DNA of 28,147 nt from a virus (Duplodnaviria; Caudoviricetes): positions 1 through 28,147 of IMG/VR virus record IMGVR_UViG_3300028205_000041. One strand, given 5' to 3'. The notes under the pieces were generated by a model. It did no database searches. It worked only from the letters and a program-made list of their open reading frames with translations, and was not told where the DNA came from. A program made the position numbers and the translations under genes. Below, piece by piece: positions 8,132 through 15,782 of the stretch (position 1 is the stretch's first letter; each line of letters starts with the position of its first letter).

Positions 8132-9018
8132 TAACTTAACTTCCAATAGCTAGACGGCTTGCCGCGAAACTTGTCCATATAAGCGCTGGTAAGGTTTGGT
8201 CGCAATCGCTTGACCATTTTAGCATAGCTGACAGCGCCAGCCCTTTCAACATTGGTCAACAATCGATCGCCAATAATACTAGATCGTCCGTCTGTCATTG
8301 CCACAAGCTCGGCCATTGCCTGTGTCTTTCGCTCGGTTGCCAGCGCAACCGCTTCGCTCAAATCATCAATTTCAGCAACCAATTGCAGCGCTTCTTTTTT
8401 GTTAATAGTTGGGCGCCTTGGCTCTAGGTGGATACTGTTGTCTTTTTCTTTTAAAAATCTGGCGTGAAAGGCTTTAAGGATTGGTAGGTTCTGGGTAAGC
8501 CACCAGCCATCTGAGGACGTGGTTTGAAGGTCTGTGCCGCTAGGCGTCCATTGATAAAAATCAACAAAATCCCTGCCAGCGCAAAGCATTTCAATTTGTA
8601 CTTGAGCATAATAATAAGGAAGGTCTTTTATTAAATCCTTAAATTCTGGATTTTCTTTGTTGCGAATACCAAAAGGACACTTTATTTCGATCAGACCATT
8701 ATCGCCAATCAAACCATCTGGAGACGCGCCAAGCCAGTCCTCATATTCAAAAAAGCCGCATTCGGTAACAGTGTTGCCAGTCTCCAATTCATAATCAAAT
8801 TGCGCGGTCGCTTCGTTATGCGTGCCCCATTCGGTCGCTACGTTGCCTTGGAACTCGCGCTCGGCTCCGTGGTACTCGCGGACCATTGTTCTCATGGCAT
8901 CCTCTGGAGTCTGCCAAGGATTAAGGCCAAGAATTGCGCCAGCTATCGAGCCCGTGATTCTACCTTTGCGGGCCTGAAACCATTCTTTGCTTCTTTGTGG
9001 TGCTTTTACTTCGCTCAT
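8131..9018 (-). CDS. YqaJ/lambda-exonuclease family recombination exonuclease
   Basis: Motifs 'QRSKEWFQARKGRITGS', 'WG..NE', 'GASPDGL', 'EIKCP' and 'YYAQVQ'. Confidence 0.93.
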   Translation of the reverse strand: MSEVKAPQRSKEWFQARKGRITGSIAGAILGLNPWQTPEDAMRTMVREYHGAEREFQGNVATEWGTHNEATAQFDYELETGNTVTECGFFEYEDWLGASPDGLIGDNGLIEIKCPFGIRNKENPEFKDLIKDLPYYYAQVQIEMLCAGRDFVDFYQWTPSGTDLQTTSSDGWWLTQNLPILKAFHARFLKEKDNSIHLEPRRPTINKKEALQLVAEIDDLSEAVALATERKTQAMAELVAMTDGRSSIIGDRLLTNVERAGAVSYAKMVKRLRPNLTSAYMDKFRGKPSSYWKLS

Positions 9019-9034
9019 TGTGTTTTTTCCTTTT

Positions 9035-9059
9035 AAAAAACGCCCGGCCGAAACCGGGC
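9035..9059 (-). terminator. Intrinsic terminator after the SSB gene
   Basis: Minus strand reads GCCCGG-tttcgg-CCGGGC-GTTTTTT. Confidence 0.7.
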
Positions 9060-9081
9060 AAACTATGCAAGGGGTTTTAGA

Positions 9082-9656
9082 TCAGAAGGGAATTCGTCGT
9101 CGAAGTTATCGGGCGCTGGTTCAGCCTTGGGCGCTGCTTTCTTCGCAGCGTTCATGCCGCTACCCGTCGCCGCTTTTTATTACTGCGCGGAGAAACAGAG
9201 CTAACCCAATTGCCGGTCATTTCTTGGCCGTCGTCGTTTTTCCATTTTCCAAAGCTGCAACATTAAGACCATTGGCTTGTTGCAAAGATTTTGAGTCAAT
9301 GAAATATCGTCTGGGCGCTCGCCAGCCTTGGCAAGTTTACCGCCAGCGTTGGCGTCGATAGCTGCAAGCATTCTCTTTGCTTTGTCGGCTTTTTTAGAAT
9401 CCTCAGATTCAACACGGATCTTCTGAAAAACCTTGCGGCCTTTATATTCCTCAGGACCAAGAACGGTCCATCTCGCCTTTATATACTCGTCAGGGTCCCC
9501 GTATTCGCTTGAATCCCAGCTTACTTCGTCAATTGCTGCAAGGACTTGGGTTTTGGCTGGAATTGGCTCGATATCGCCGCCACCGCCGTCAAACTCGCCG
9601 GTTGTTGTTGCGGCGCTTTCGCCGTCGGATGTATCCCAAAAGTTTTGTTCTGACAT
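9082..9656 (-). CDS. ssb: DUF669-type phage single-stranded DNA-binding protein; frameshifted 3' end
   Basis: Motifs 'PIPA', 'YIKARWTV..PEEYKGRKVFQ'. Three single-base homopolymer corrections give '...GNWVSSVSPR...DNFDDEIPF*', a canonical SSB acidic tail. It lies between the Sak4-like and exonuclease genes. Confidence 0.78.
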
Positions 9657-9672
9657 AATTTTGCTTCCTGTT

Positions 9673-10470
9673 TTATTGCTTGGTTGTTGGTTTTTTGGCC
9701 TGTTTAGGGGTCAGTGATGGTACAAGATCGATAAGAGGATTAACACCTTCTTCAACCTCAAGGTCTTCCGTTATTCCGTATCGGTTTTTAGATACGTTGG
9801 CGGCCGTGCTATAAGAAACCAGCACACGAGTGCCATCGCTGATTGCTTTTTTACGCTCGCCCTCGTTTCCGATTACGTGCGTTTCCAGCTTCAAGAATCC
9901 AACTAGGTCAACATCATCGACATAGTACGGAACGCTCTTTTTATTTAAGCGCAAGCTGTAGCGCGTGTAAGGTTCCGCGTCTGGCAATTCCATTGTTTCA
10001 GTGTCGGCGTGGGCAATAAAGATAATATGCATACCCTTCTTGGTGTTGAGAACGCCGCAAGCCTTTCTAACAGAGCTGTGCAGTGCCGCAACAGCGCTTA
10101 AGCCCGCGCCGTATCCGCCAAGAGCCTGGTTAATTGATTTAGGTTTCTTGGGGTCATTTGCAACAATATGCTCGACAAACATTCTATCGAGCGCTGTTAC
10201 TGAATCGATAATAAGAGTTTTATAGTCGTGGTCTTCTCGAATCAATTGCATTAATTGACCCTTTAGATCCTCGACAGCGTCAGCACCGGACAACAAAGGG
10301 AACGCGTCCGGCTTGGTTGCTTCGGGGATAGACTGTAAACCGTCCTCGGCTCTTATTACAATAGGACTTGGGAAACTACAAGCAAGAACAGTTTTTCCCA
10401 TTCCCGAGTCGCCGCACACTGTACCTACTAGCGAACGGTTTGCTGGTTTTGATACGCCTTCTAATGCCAT
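9673..10470 (-). CDS. Sak4-like AAA_24 ATPase (single-strand annealing protein)
   Basis: Walker A GDSGMGKT, Walker B 'TLIIDS', plus 'GGYGAG', 'FIAH' and 'KNRYG'. Adjacent to SSB and exonuclease genes. Confidence 0.85.
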   Translation of the reverse strand: MALEGVSKPANRSLVGTVCGDSGMGKTVLACSFPSPIVIRAEDGLQSIPEATKPDAFPLLSGADAVEDLKGQLMQLIREDHDYKTLIIDSVTALDRMFVEHIVANDPKKPKSINQALGGYGAGLSAVAALHSSVRKACGVLNTKKGMHIIFIAHADTETMELPDAEPYTRYSLRLNKKSVPYYVDDVDLVGFLKLETHVIGNEGERKKAISDGTRVLVSYSTAANVSKNRYGITEDLEVEEGVNPLIDLVPSLTPKQAKKPTTKQ

Positions 10471-10510
10471 GATTTATCACTCCTTATTTGTGATTGATTT
10501 GTTGTAACTG

Positions 10511-10539
10511 TTGCCAACGATACTGAGTGCAGGTACTAT
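10511..10539 (+). promoter_or_regulatory. Sigma70-type promoter, rightward (HTH and primase)
   Basis: TTGCCA-17 nt-TACTAT. Confidence 0.7.
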
Positions 10540-10545
10540 TGTCAA
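10517..10545 (-). promoter_or_regulatory. Sigma70-type promoter, leftward (recombination operon)
   Basis: TTGACA-17 nt-TATCGT on the minus strand, interleaved with the rightward promoter. Confidence 0.72.
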
Positions 10546-10557
10546 CACTTTAATGTT
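10544..10557. promoter_or_regulatory. Palindromic operator, copy 2 (AACACTTTAATGTT)
   Basis: Near-identical to the other two copies. It overlaps the leftward -35 box and the predicted rightward start site. Confidence 0.7.
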
Positions 10558-10582
10558 ACTAACCAAAAACGAGGACTTAACA

Positions 10583-10768
10583 ATGCCAGAAATTAGACCG
10601 ATGTCTTTAACACAATTAAGCGAGAAGCTCACAGACGCAAAGCTGAAAACGCTTGCGGCTAAAACCGGATTACACTACAACACTCTGCGGAAAATACGAG
10701 ACGATCCAAACGCAAATCCAACGCTCAACGTAATGAAAGCGCTTTCGGAATTCTTTAGAAAAGGATAG
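10583..10768 (+). CDS. Cro/XRE-like helix-turn-helix regulator
   Basis: GAGG SD before ATG 10583. Motif 'LKTLAAKTGLHYNTLRKIRD...NPTLNVMKAL'. Confidence 0.85.
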   Translation: MPEIRPMSLTQLSEKLTDAKLKTLAAKTGLHYNTLRKIRDDPNANPTLNVMKALSEFFRKG

Positions 10769-10773
10769 CAATA

Positions 10774-13047
10774 ATGTTGTACAGGGATTTTTTAGAATCT
10801 GGATACAAGATTTTCGGGCTTTATGGCGCAACAAAAAAAGGCTGCAATTGTGGATGGGAGGATTGCGCGGCATTGTTCAAGCATCCAGTCGCCGCAAACT
10901 GGCAGCATACGCCGAACTGGTCAGAAGATCAGCTAGAGGTTATGGAACTAACCGGCCAGCTTACAACGGGCTATGGTGTTTTGGTTCAAGGGCTGCTTGT
11001 TGTCGATGTTGATTCAAAAAACGGCGGCGTACCATCTTATGAAAAATTGCTAGAAAAAATACCGGCGCTTGCGGGCGCTGGCATGATAGTTAATACAGGA
11101 TCAGGCAAGGGCTCTAAACACCTTTATTTTAAAGCGCCGACGATGGCGCTTAAGCAAACCCACGCCGAATACCCTGGTATCGATTTTAAATCTAGCGGCT
11201 ACGTTGTTGGACCGGGCTCGATGCACGCCAGTGGTAATAAATACGAATGCGTTTTGGGTGGGCCAGATGAAATAAGCGAAGCGCCACAGGAATTGCTTGA
11301 CCTTTTAGAAAAGCCAGAAATACACAGAGCTGAATACAATGGCGAACAGGTTGATATTTCAGACGCCGATATTGCCGATATGCTAAAGCACATCATCAAT
11401 GATGATCTTGACTATGAGATATTTATCAGGATTGGGATGGCTGTTCATAGCGCTACCAGTGGAAGCGGATTCTACCTTTGGGATACATGGGCCAGCGAAT
11501 CCTCGAAATATAACAAGCGTATCATGGATATGAAATGGCAGAGTTTCGGCAAGTCTGCCAATCCGGTTACGCTTGGAACATTGGTTCATCATGCCGAAGC
11601 TGGCGGCTGGACAGAGGAAGTGGAATTTGTTTCCGGCATTGAATGGGATGTGCCAGAGGACGCACCACAGGATGAAACCGGCTTACCCTTTTCAATCGAT
11701 GGCGTAGACCTTTTGCGCCCGCCAGGGTTTGTTGGGGATGTTGTTGCATGGATTAATTCCCAGTGCAGATACCCGCGCGAAGACTTGGCGGTTGCTGGCG
11801 GCCTATTTTCCATGGGCAATGTTTGCGGATTAAGATATACCGACGACATTGACGACGTGACAGCAAATCTTTTTGTTTTTTGTGTTGCTGGATCCGGCAC
11901 GGGTAAAGAAGCAATCAGCCAATCGGTTGCCGAGGTTCACCGGGCCGCAGGTATTCACCGCGCAAGTCATGGACCAATAAAGTCAGAGCAGGAAATCATT
12001 AGAAACCTAATCAAGAATCAGGCAGCTTTTCACGACGTAGACGAGTTTGGTTATTTTCTCCAGCGCATAAACAACGCAAGAAAGCACGGCGGGGCATCTT
12101 ATCTGGACGGCGTTATTGCGGCTCTTATGTCTGCCTACTCAAAATCCAATGGGTATATGCTGCTAACAGGTGACACCAAGGACGACGTTCGCAAGGCGCT
12201 GTCAATGGAGCTTAAACAGTGCCAAAAGGCAGTCGGAGAAAACGACGATCCAAGTGGCCAGCTTGCGGCTAGGATACCAAACCTTGAGCGAGCGCTTGGG
12301 CATATCGATAATGGGCTAGAAAAGCCGTTTATCTCTTTGATGGGCTTGACCACGCCGGAAACTTTTAACGGATTGATTACCAGAGAACAGGCAACCAACG
12401 GATTTATTGGCCGGTCTTTGTTTATTAACCAGCTAGATACAAATCCGCGCATCAAAAAGAAGTTTAAAAAACCGCCAATGAGTTTTGGGATGCAGCAGAC
12501 AATCGCTGGCCTTTATAGCGGCGGTAATTTTGACGCCAACCAAACCAGGGTTGAATACTACAGCGAACGCATAAAAGTAAGCACCGACAAAGAAGCAAGG
12601 GCTATGCTTGAGAAGGTATCTGACTGGATCTGGAATTATGCCGAGCTCCAAAAGGAAACCACCGGGCTGGAAGCGATTGTCAGGCGAGGCTATGAAATGA
12701 TAGCCAAGGTATCTTTGATACTTGCCGCGCCATCGGGGATTCGGACAGCGGAGCATGTTCGATGGGCCTTTGCACTGATTAAGAAAGACCTATCCGAAAA
12801 GATGAACACTGTAAACGTCAATGACGAAGAGAAAAACGACCCCGGCAGCGTGCTAAAGGCCAGCATTATTGAGCGCATAGGGATAGATCACGGCGAAACG
12901 CTGTCAACGCTTGATAATAGGATCAGGAAGTTTAAGCGCAAAGCCATTGAAAAGATGGTTTCCGTGATGATAGAGGAAAGACTGATAAAGCCAGTGGAAG
13001 AAAAAGCAAAGAATGGAAAGAAATCAATTAAATATTATCTGGCATAA
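10774..13047 (+). CDS. Bifunctional primase-polymerase with PriCT-like domain and C-terminal P-loop helicase-like domain
   Basis: AEP motifs 'VVDVD', 'TGSG.G..HLYF', 'PGIDFKS.GYVVGPGS.H.SG..Y'. PriCT-like 'IGMA.H......WD.W...SKY......KW.SF'. P-loop 'AGSGTGKE' and 'DEFG'. Confidence 0.9.
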   Translation: MLYRDFLESGYKIFGLYGATKKGCNCGWEDCAALFKHPVAANWQHTPNWSEDQLEVMELTGQLTTGYGVLVQGLLVVDVDSKNGGVPSYEKLLEKIPALAGAGMIVNTGSGKGSKHLYFKAPTMALKQTHAEYPGIDFKSSGYVVGPGSMHASGNKYECVLGGPDEISEAPQELLDLLEKPEIHRAEYNGEQVDISDADIADMLKHIINDDLDYEIFIRIGMAVHSATSGSGFYLWDTWASESSKYNKRIMDMKWQSFGKSANPVTLGTLVHHAEAGGWTEEVEFVSGIEWDVPEDAPQDETGLPFSIDGVDLLRPPGFVGDVVAWINSQCRYPREDLAVAGGLFSMGNVCGLRYTDDIDDVTANLFVFCVAGSGTGKEAISQSVAEVHRAAGIHRASHGPIKSEQEIIRNLIKNQAAFHDVDEFGYFLQRINNARKHGGASYLDGVIAALMSAYSKSNGYMLLTGDTKDDVRKALSMELKQCQKAVGENDDPSGQLAARIPNLERALGHIDNGLEKPFISLMGLTTPETFNGLITREQATNGFIGRSLFINQLDTNPRIKKKFKKPPMSFGMQQTIAGLYSGGNFDANQTRVEYYSERIKVSTDKEARAMLEKVSDWIWNYAELQKETTGLEAIVRRGYEMIAKVSLILAAPSGIRTAEHVRWAFALIKKDLSEKMNTVNVNDEEKNDPGSVLKASIIERIGIDHGETLSTLDNRIRKFKRKAIEKMVSVMIEERLIKPVEEKAKNGKKSIKYYLA

Positions 13048-13059
13048 TCCTTTGCGGCC

Positions 13060-13081
13060 AAGCGGCTCCGGCCGCTTTTTT
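13060..13081 (+). terminator. Intrinsic terminator after primase
   Basis: AAGCGGC-tccg-GCCGCTT followed by a T run. Confidence 0.8.
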
Positions 13082-13100
13082 GTGCCTGATTGTATTTAAT

Positions 13101-13114
13101 AACATTATAATGTT
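13101..13114. promoter_or_regulatory. Palindromic operator, copy 3 (AACATTATAATGTT, perfect palindrome)
   Basis: Abuts the -35 box of the promoter at 13114. Confidence 0.7.
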
Positions 13115-13142
13115 TGCATTGTGTGTTTATAGCCTATAAGAT
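13114..13142 (+). promoter_or_regulatory. Sigma70-type promoter
   Basis: TTGCAT-17 nt-TAAGAT. Confidence 0.68.
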
Positions 13143-13180
13143 AGCTTTACTTACTCGCAAACACACAAGGATTAAAGGAC

Positions 13181-13366
13181 ATGACAAACTTAGAAACTCT
13201 AATCGGCACAAGCGTAGGAACAGGAATAATAAACAAATTGGTTTCAGTTTCAGATAATACCGAAACTTTTAACACTATAAAATCCGCGATAATGACCCGG
13301 CCCGCATTCAGAAAAGACTTTTTAGGACTGGTTGAGAAAGTCAACAAAGCCTTAGAATCTGCCTAA
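13181..13366 (+). CDS. Small hypothetical protein in its own promoter-terminator unit
   Basis: AAGGA SD, promoter upstream and terminator directly downstream. Confidence 0.65.
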   Translation: MTNLETLIGTSVGTGIINKLVSVSDNTETFNTIKSAIMTRPAFRKDFLGLVEKVNKALESA

Positions 13367-13374
13367 AAATTAAC

Positions 13375-13392
13375 AAGCCCTTCGGGGCTTTT
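13375..13392 (+). terminator. Intrinsic terminator (UUCG loop)
   Basis: AAGCCC-TTCG-GGGCTT-TT. Confidence 0.72.
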
Positions 13393-13400
13393 GGTTTCCC

Positions 13401-13676
13401 ATGAGCAAATACACCCCCGAACAAATACAATTAATAGCAGCGCTGGCGGATCTTGGGCATACAAGGGACGCCACAGCGGCGCTGGTAGAGATTCCAGCCG
13501 GAACCGTTGCGACACTATCCCGAAAGCATGGAATTAGATTCAGCGGCAAAATGGGCCGTCCTCGTGTCGATAACCCAGTGCGAGCGTTTAGACCAAATCA
13601 GAAGCAGTATTATAAAGGGGTTGGTTGCGACTATTTGGACCGCGCCAGCCAGGATCTTTCACGTATTATTTGGTAA
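13401..13676 (+). CDS. HTH DNA-binding protein
   Basis: Pattern 'YTPEQ..LI..L...G.T....A..V.I...TV..L.RKHGI', followed by GRPR. Confidence 0.65.
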   Translation: MSKYTPEQIQLIAALADLGHTRDATAALVEIPAGTVATLSRKHGIRFSGKMGRPRVDNPVRAFRPNQKQYYKGVGCDYLDRASQDLSRIIW

Positions 13677-13741
13677 TTATTTGCACCATCCGGCGGGTGG
13701 TGCTAGGCTTTCTGTTATGAGCTTTTCAAACACAAAAACCA

Positions 13742-13950
13742 ATCCCAATACACAGCAAAATACACGTCTGTGTATTCTGGAAGCCACGCCAGCCGTGCCT
13801 AATACACAAATACACAAAATACACGCAACCAAGCCTCTGTCCTTTTGTGAATTGTTGTCGGTGGGTTATGTGTATTTTGTGTATTTGTGTACCGGCTTAG
13901 TGCCACGTGCGTTTCAGAATACACAATCGTGTATTGGGATGTGTATTAGG
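13742..13950. repeat. Iteron-like AATACAC array in a large imperfect palindrome; probable replication origin
   Basis: Six forward AATACAC (13747, 13759, 13801, 13809, 13818, 13918) and five reverse GTGTATT (13770, 13870, 13879, 13929, 13941). Followed by an AT-rich tract to about 14150. Lies near the primase gene. Confidence 0.8.
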
Positions 13951-14151
13951 ACCAGATAGACTTTCAATTTTATTTTACGAAAAAACGCATTTTCACGCGG
14001 TATTCGTTTGTCTCCGTGGAGGCTCCCTATAAAGAGATTCTAATTAATATCTCTTATAAGAGAATCATATATTTAAAAACCCTTTAGGTTATCACATTTT
14101 GATTATTAAAAAGCATTATTTAAATGAATGTTCGTTCAAATTTAAAAGGCG

Positions 14152-14180
14152 TTGACCGGTTTTTGTTTATGTAATACCTT
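14152..14180 (+). promoter_or_regulatory. Sigma70-type promoter for the accessory ORF cluster
   Basis: TTGACC-17 nt-TACCTT. Confidence 0.6.
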
Positions 14181-14188
14181 GTGGGTTA

Positions 14189-14252
14189 TCGCTGCTGGCA
14201 CAGTACGACCCGACCAAGTAACAATTAGCGGGATTCAGCCGGTTAGCAGCGA
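14189..14252 (+). ncRNA. Candidate structured leader/small RNA
   Basis: An 11-bp closing stem TCGCTGCTGGC/GTTAGCAGCGA (2 G-U pairs) starts at the predicted transcription start. Inner CCCG/CGGG pairing. Confidence 0.4.
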
Positions 14253-14281
14253 CTTATTTAATCTTGTAGGAGGATTTTAAA

Positions 14282-14494
14282 TTGACAGAAGATCAGATTA
14301 GGGTAATGGGTCTTAGTGATAAGCGGGAGCGGGCATTGATTGCTTTTAGTTGGTCAGGAATGGACTTTGATATGGATAGGTTTTGGTCTTTGGTTTCTGT
14401 GCAGCAATGGGGATTGGCATCGCAAGAGCTTTTGAATTGCTTAGCTACGGAAAAAGACGCAGAATTCTACGCCGATGCAATCTGGGAGGGCTAG
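14282..14494 (+). CDS. Small protein resembling only the C-terminal lobe of T4-type lysozyme
   Basis: AGGAGG SD and TTG start. 'LSDKRERALI', 'QQWGLASQELLN' and 'AEFYADAIWEG' parallel the T4L C-lobe helices (by-eye alignment). Confidence 0.45.
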   Translation: MTEDQIRVMGLSDKRERALIAFSWSGMDFDMDRFWSLVSVQQWGLASQELLNCLATEKDAEFYADAIWEG

Positions 14495-14497
14495 AAC

Positions 14498-14758
14498 ATG
14501 GGACAAATTCAAATAACAATGAATTCGCAGCCGGATCTAATCACAATGAGTGATCGCCAGTACGTTGGGCGAAATCCGGAAGCGTTCGAGCGAGAAAACC
14601 CGTTGACGGGCGTTAAAAGCATGGTCAAGATACCTGGCATACCTTTTGTTCGGGTTGCCTCGGTTGGAGGGAATGAGTACAAGCCTTATTTTAACCCTGC
14701 AAAGAAAAGATTTAATAAGTTAGATGATGGGTTGCTTAGGGTTGTTGCCCACGGATAA
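14498..14758 (+). CDS. Hypothetical protein
   Basis: GGAGG SD and tight operon spacing. Confidence 0.65.
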   Translation: MGQIQITMNSQPDLITMSDRQYVGRNPEAFERENPLTGVKSMVKIPGIPFVRVASVGGNEYKPYFNPAKKRFNKLDDGLLRVVAHG

Positions 14759-14853
14759 TTCGCACCGCCGCGCCTTTGCTGGCGTTCCTTGCCTGGTTGG
14801 TCGCAGGTGGCGGAAATAGACCATAATTTTTTATACTGTAGGAGTATAATATT

Positions 14854-15078
14854 ATGAAATTGTTTATGTACGATCACGAAGTCGATGTAACTTTCGACTA
14901 CCAGCCTAAAGAAGAAATGACGCCATTTTACCCTGGTTGTATTTCTTCAATGATAATCAACAATGTTTTCTATAAGCGCGTAGATATTAAGTCGATCCTT
15001 GAAGAATCCGATCTTGAAGCGCTTGCCGAGGATTGCTTGATAAAATTTGAAGAGCAGGAGGCGGAAGATTGTGAATAA
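14854..15078 (+). CDS. Small acidic hypothetical protein
   Basis: AGGAG SD and a strongly Asp/Glu-rich C-terminus. Confidence 0.65.
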   Translation: MKLFMYDHEVDVTFDYQPKEEMTPFYPGCISSMIINNVFYKRVDIKSILEESDLEALAEDCLIKFEEQEAEDCE

Positions 15079-15427
15079 TTTTAAGTGTATAGAGCATGGC
15101 ACGGACCTTAATAGCGCTGGAAACTGCTACACCTGCCTTGACGAAGCCCTTTCTAAGCCTGGCGTAATAGATGTGACGGGTGGTTGTAAGCACGGAACAA
15201 TTAAGGGTCTTTGCTCATTTTGTGACCGCAAGCCCGACACAGTAACTATATCGCGTGAGCCGATGAAAGAAGTGCCAAACTACGTTGCTTTAGCAGAGAC
15301 AGTTAAGGTTCCTAGTAAGCTAAAAGGCCGTTTTGAGTCTGAGTTGTTTTGGACAGGGGTTTACGCCATGCGCGATGCCCTTATATCTGACGAACTAACA
15401 AAGGCGATGGAGGTGCAGGGTGAATAA
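15071..15427 (+). CDS. Cys/His-rich hypothetical protein (possible zinc binding)
   Basis: GGAGG SD before GTG 15071. Contains CxxH, CxxC, CxH and CxxC. Confidence 0.55.
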   Translation: MNNFKCIEHGTDLNSAGNCYTCLDEALSKPGVIDVTGGCKHGTIKGLCSFCDRKPDTVTISREPMKEVPNYVALAETVKVPSKLKGRFESELFWTGVYAMRDALISDELTKAMEVQGE

Positions 15428-15650
15428 ACCAACAGGAAAACTTAAATTTGCTTACAGCACGATTATGGCACATGAAGCCACCATAGCAGACAAAGACGCC
15501 GAGATAGCTCGTGTGGAAGCGGCTGCTAAGAAAGCATGTAGAGAGGTCATTGGAAGACACGGCATTACAGCGTGGAGCGAATGCTCGTTGTGCGGCGGGG
15601 TTGGCGAATTCTTTGATAACGTTCAACACCTTGGCAGCTGCCCGCTCTAG
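15420..15650 (+). CDS. Hypothetical protein with C-terminal CxxC...HxxxC
   Basis: GGAGG SD, GTG start, overlaps the previous gene. Confidence 0.6.
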   Translation: MNKPTGKLKFAYSTIMAHEATIADKDAEIARVEAAAKKACREVIGRHGITAWSECSLCGGVGEFFDNVQHLGSCPL

Positions 15651-15675
15651 TCATTAGCCCTATAGGTGATAAGTG

Positions 15676-15756
15676 ATGAAAATTGATAGATTCATAATAT
15701 TTACGCTCCTATTGAGCTTTAGCCTAACCTTTATAGCTCTTGGCTGGATGGCTTAA
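15676..15756 (+). CDS. 26-aa single-TM peptide (MKIDRFIIFTLLLSFSLTFIALGWMA), absent from the ORF track
   Basis: AGGTG SD and a hydrophobic core. Confidence 0.45.
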   Translation: MKIDRFIIFTLLLSFSLTFIALGWMA

Positions 15757-15782
15757 TGCTTAACCCCTGCAGAGGTAGTGAA

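Noticed and set aside
13742-13950. CRISPR array or DGR-type repeat
   Set aside because: Units are 7-9 bp in both orientations with no unique spacers. No cas or reverse transcriptase gene is present.
13507-13959. 150-aa ORF from the track
   Set aside because: It overlaps the HTH gene and simply reads through the iteron array (NTQ repeats). No convincing SD.
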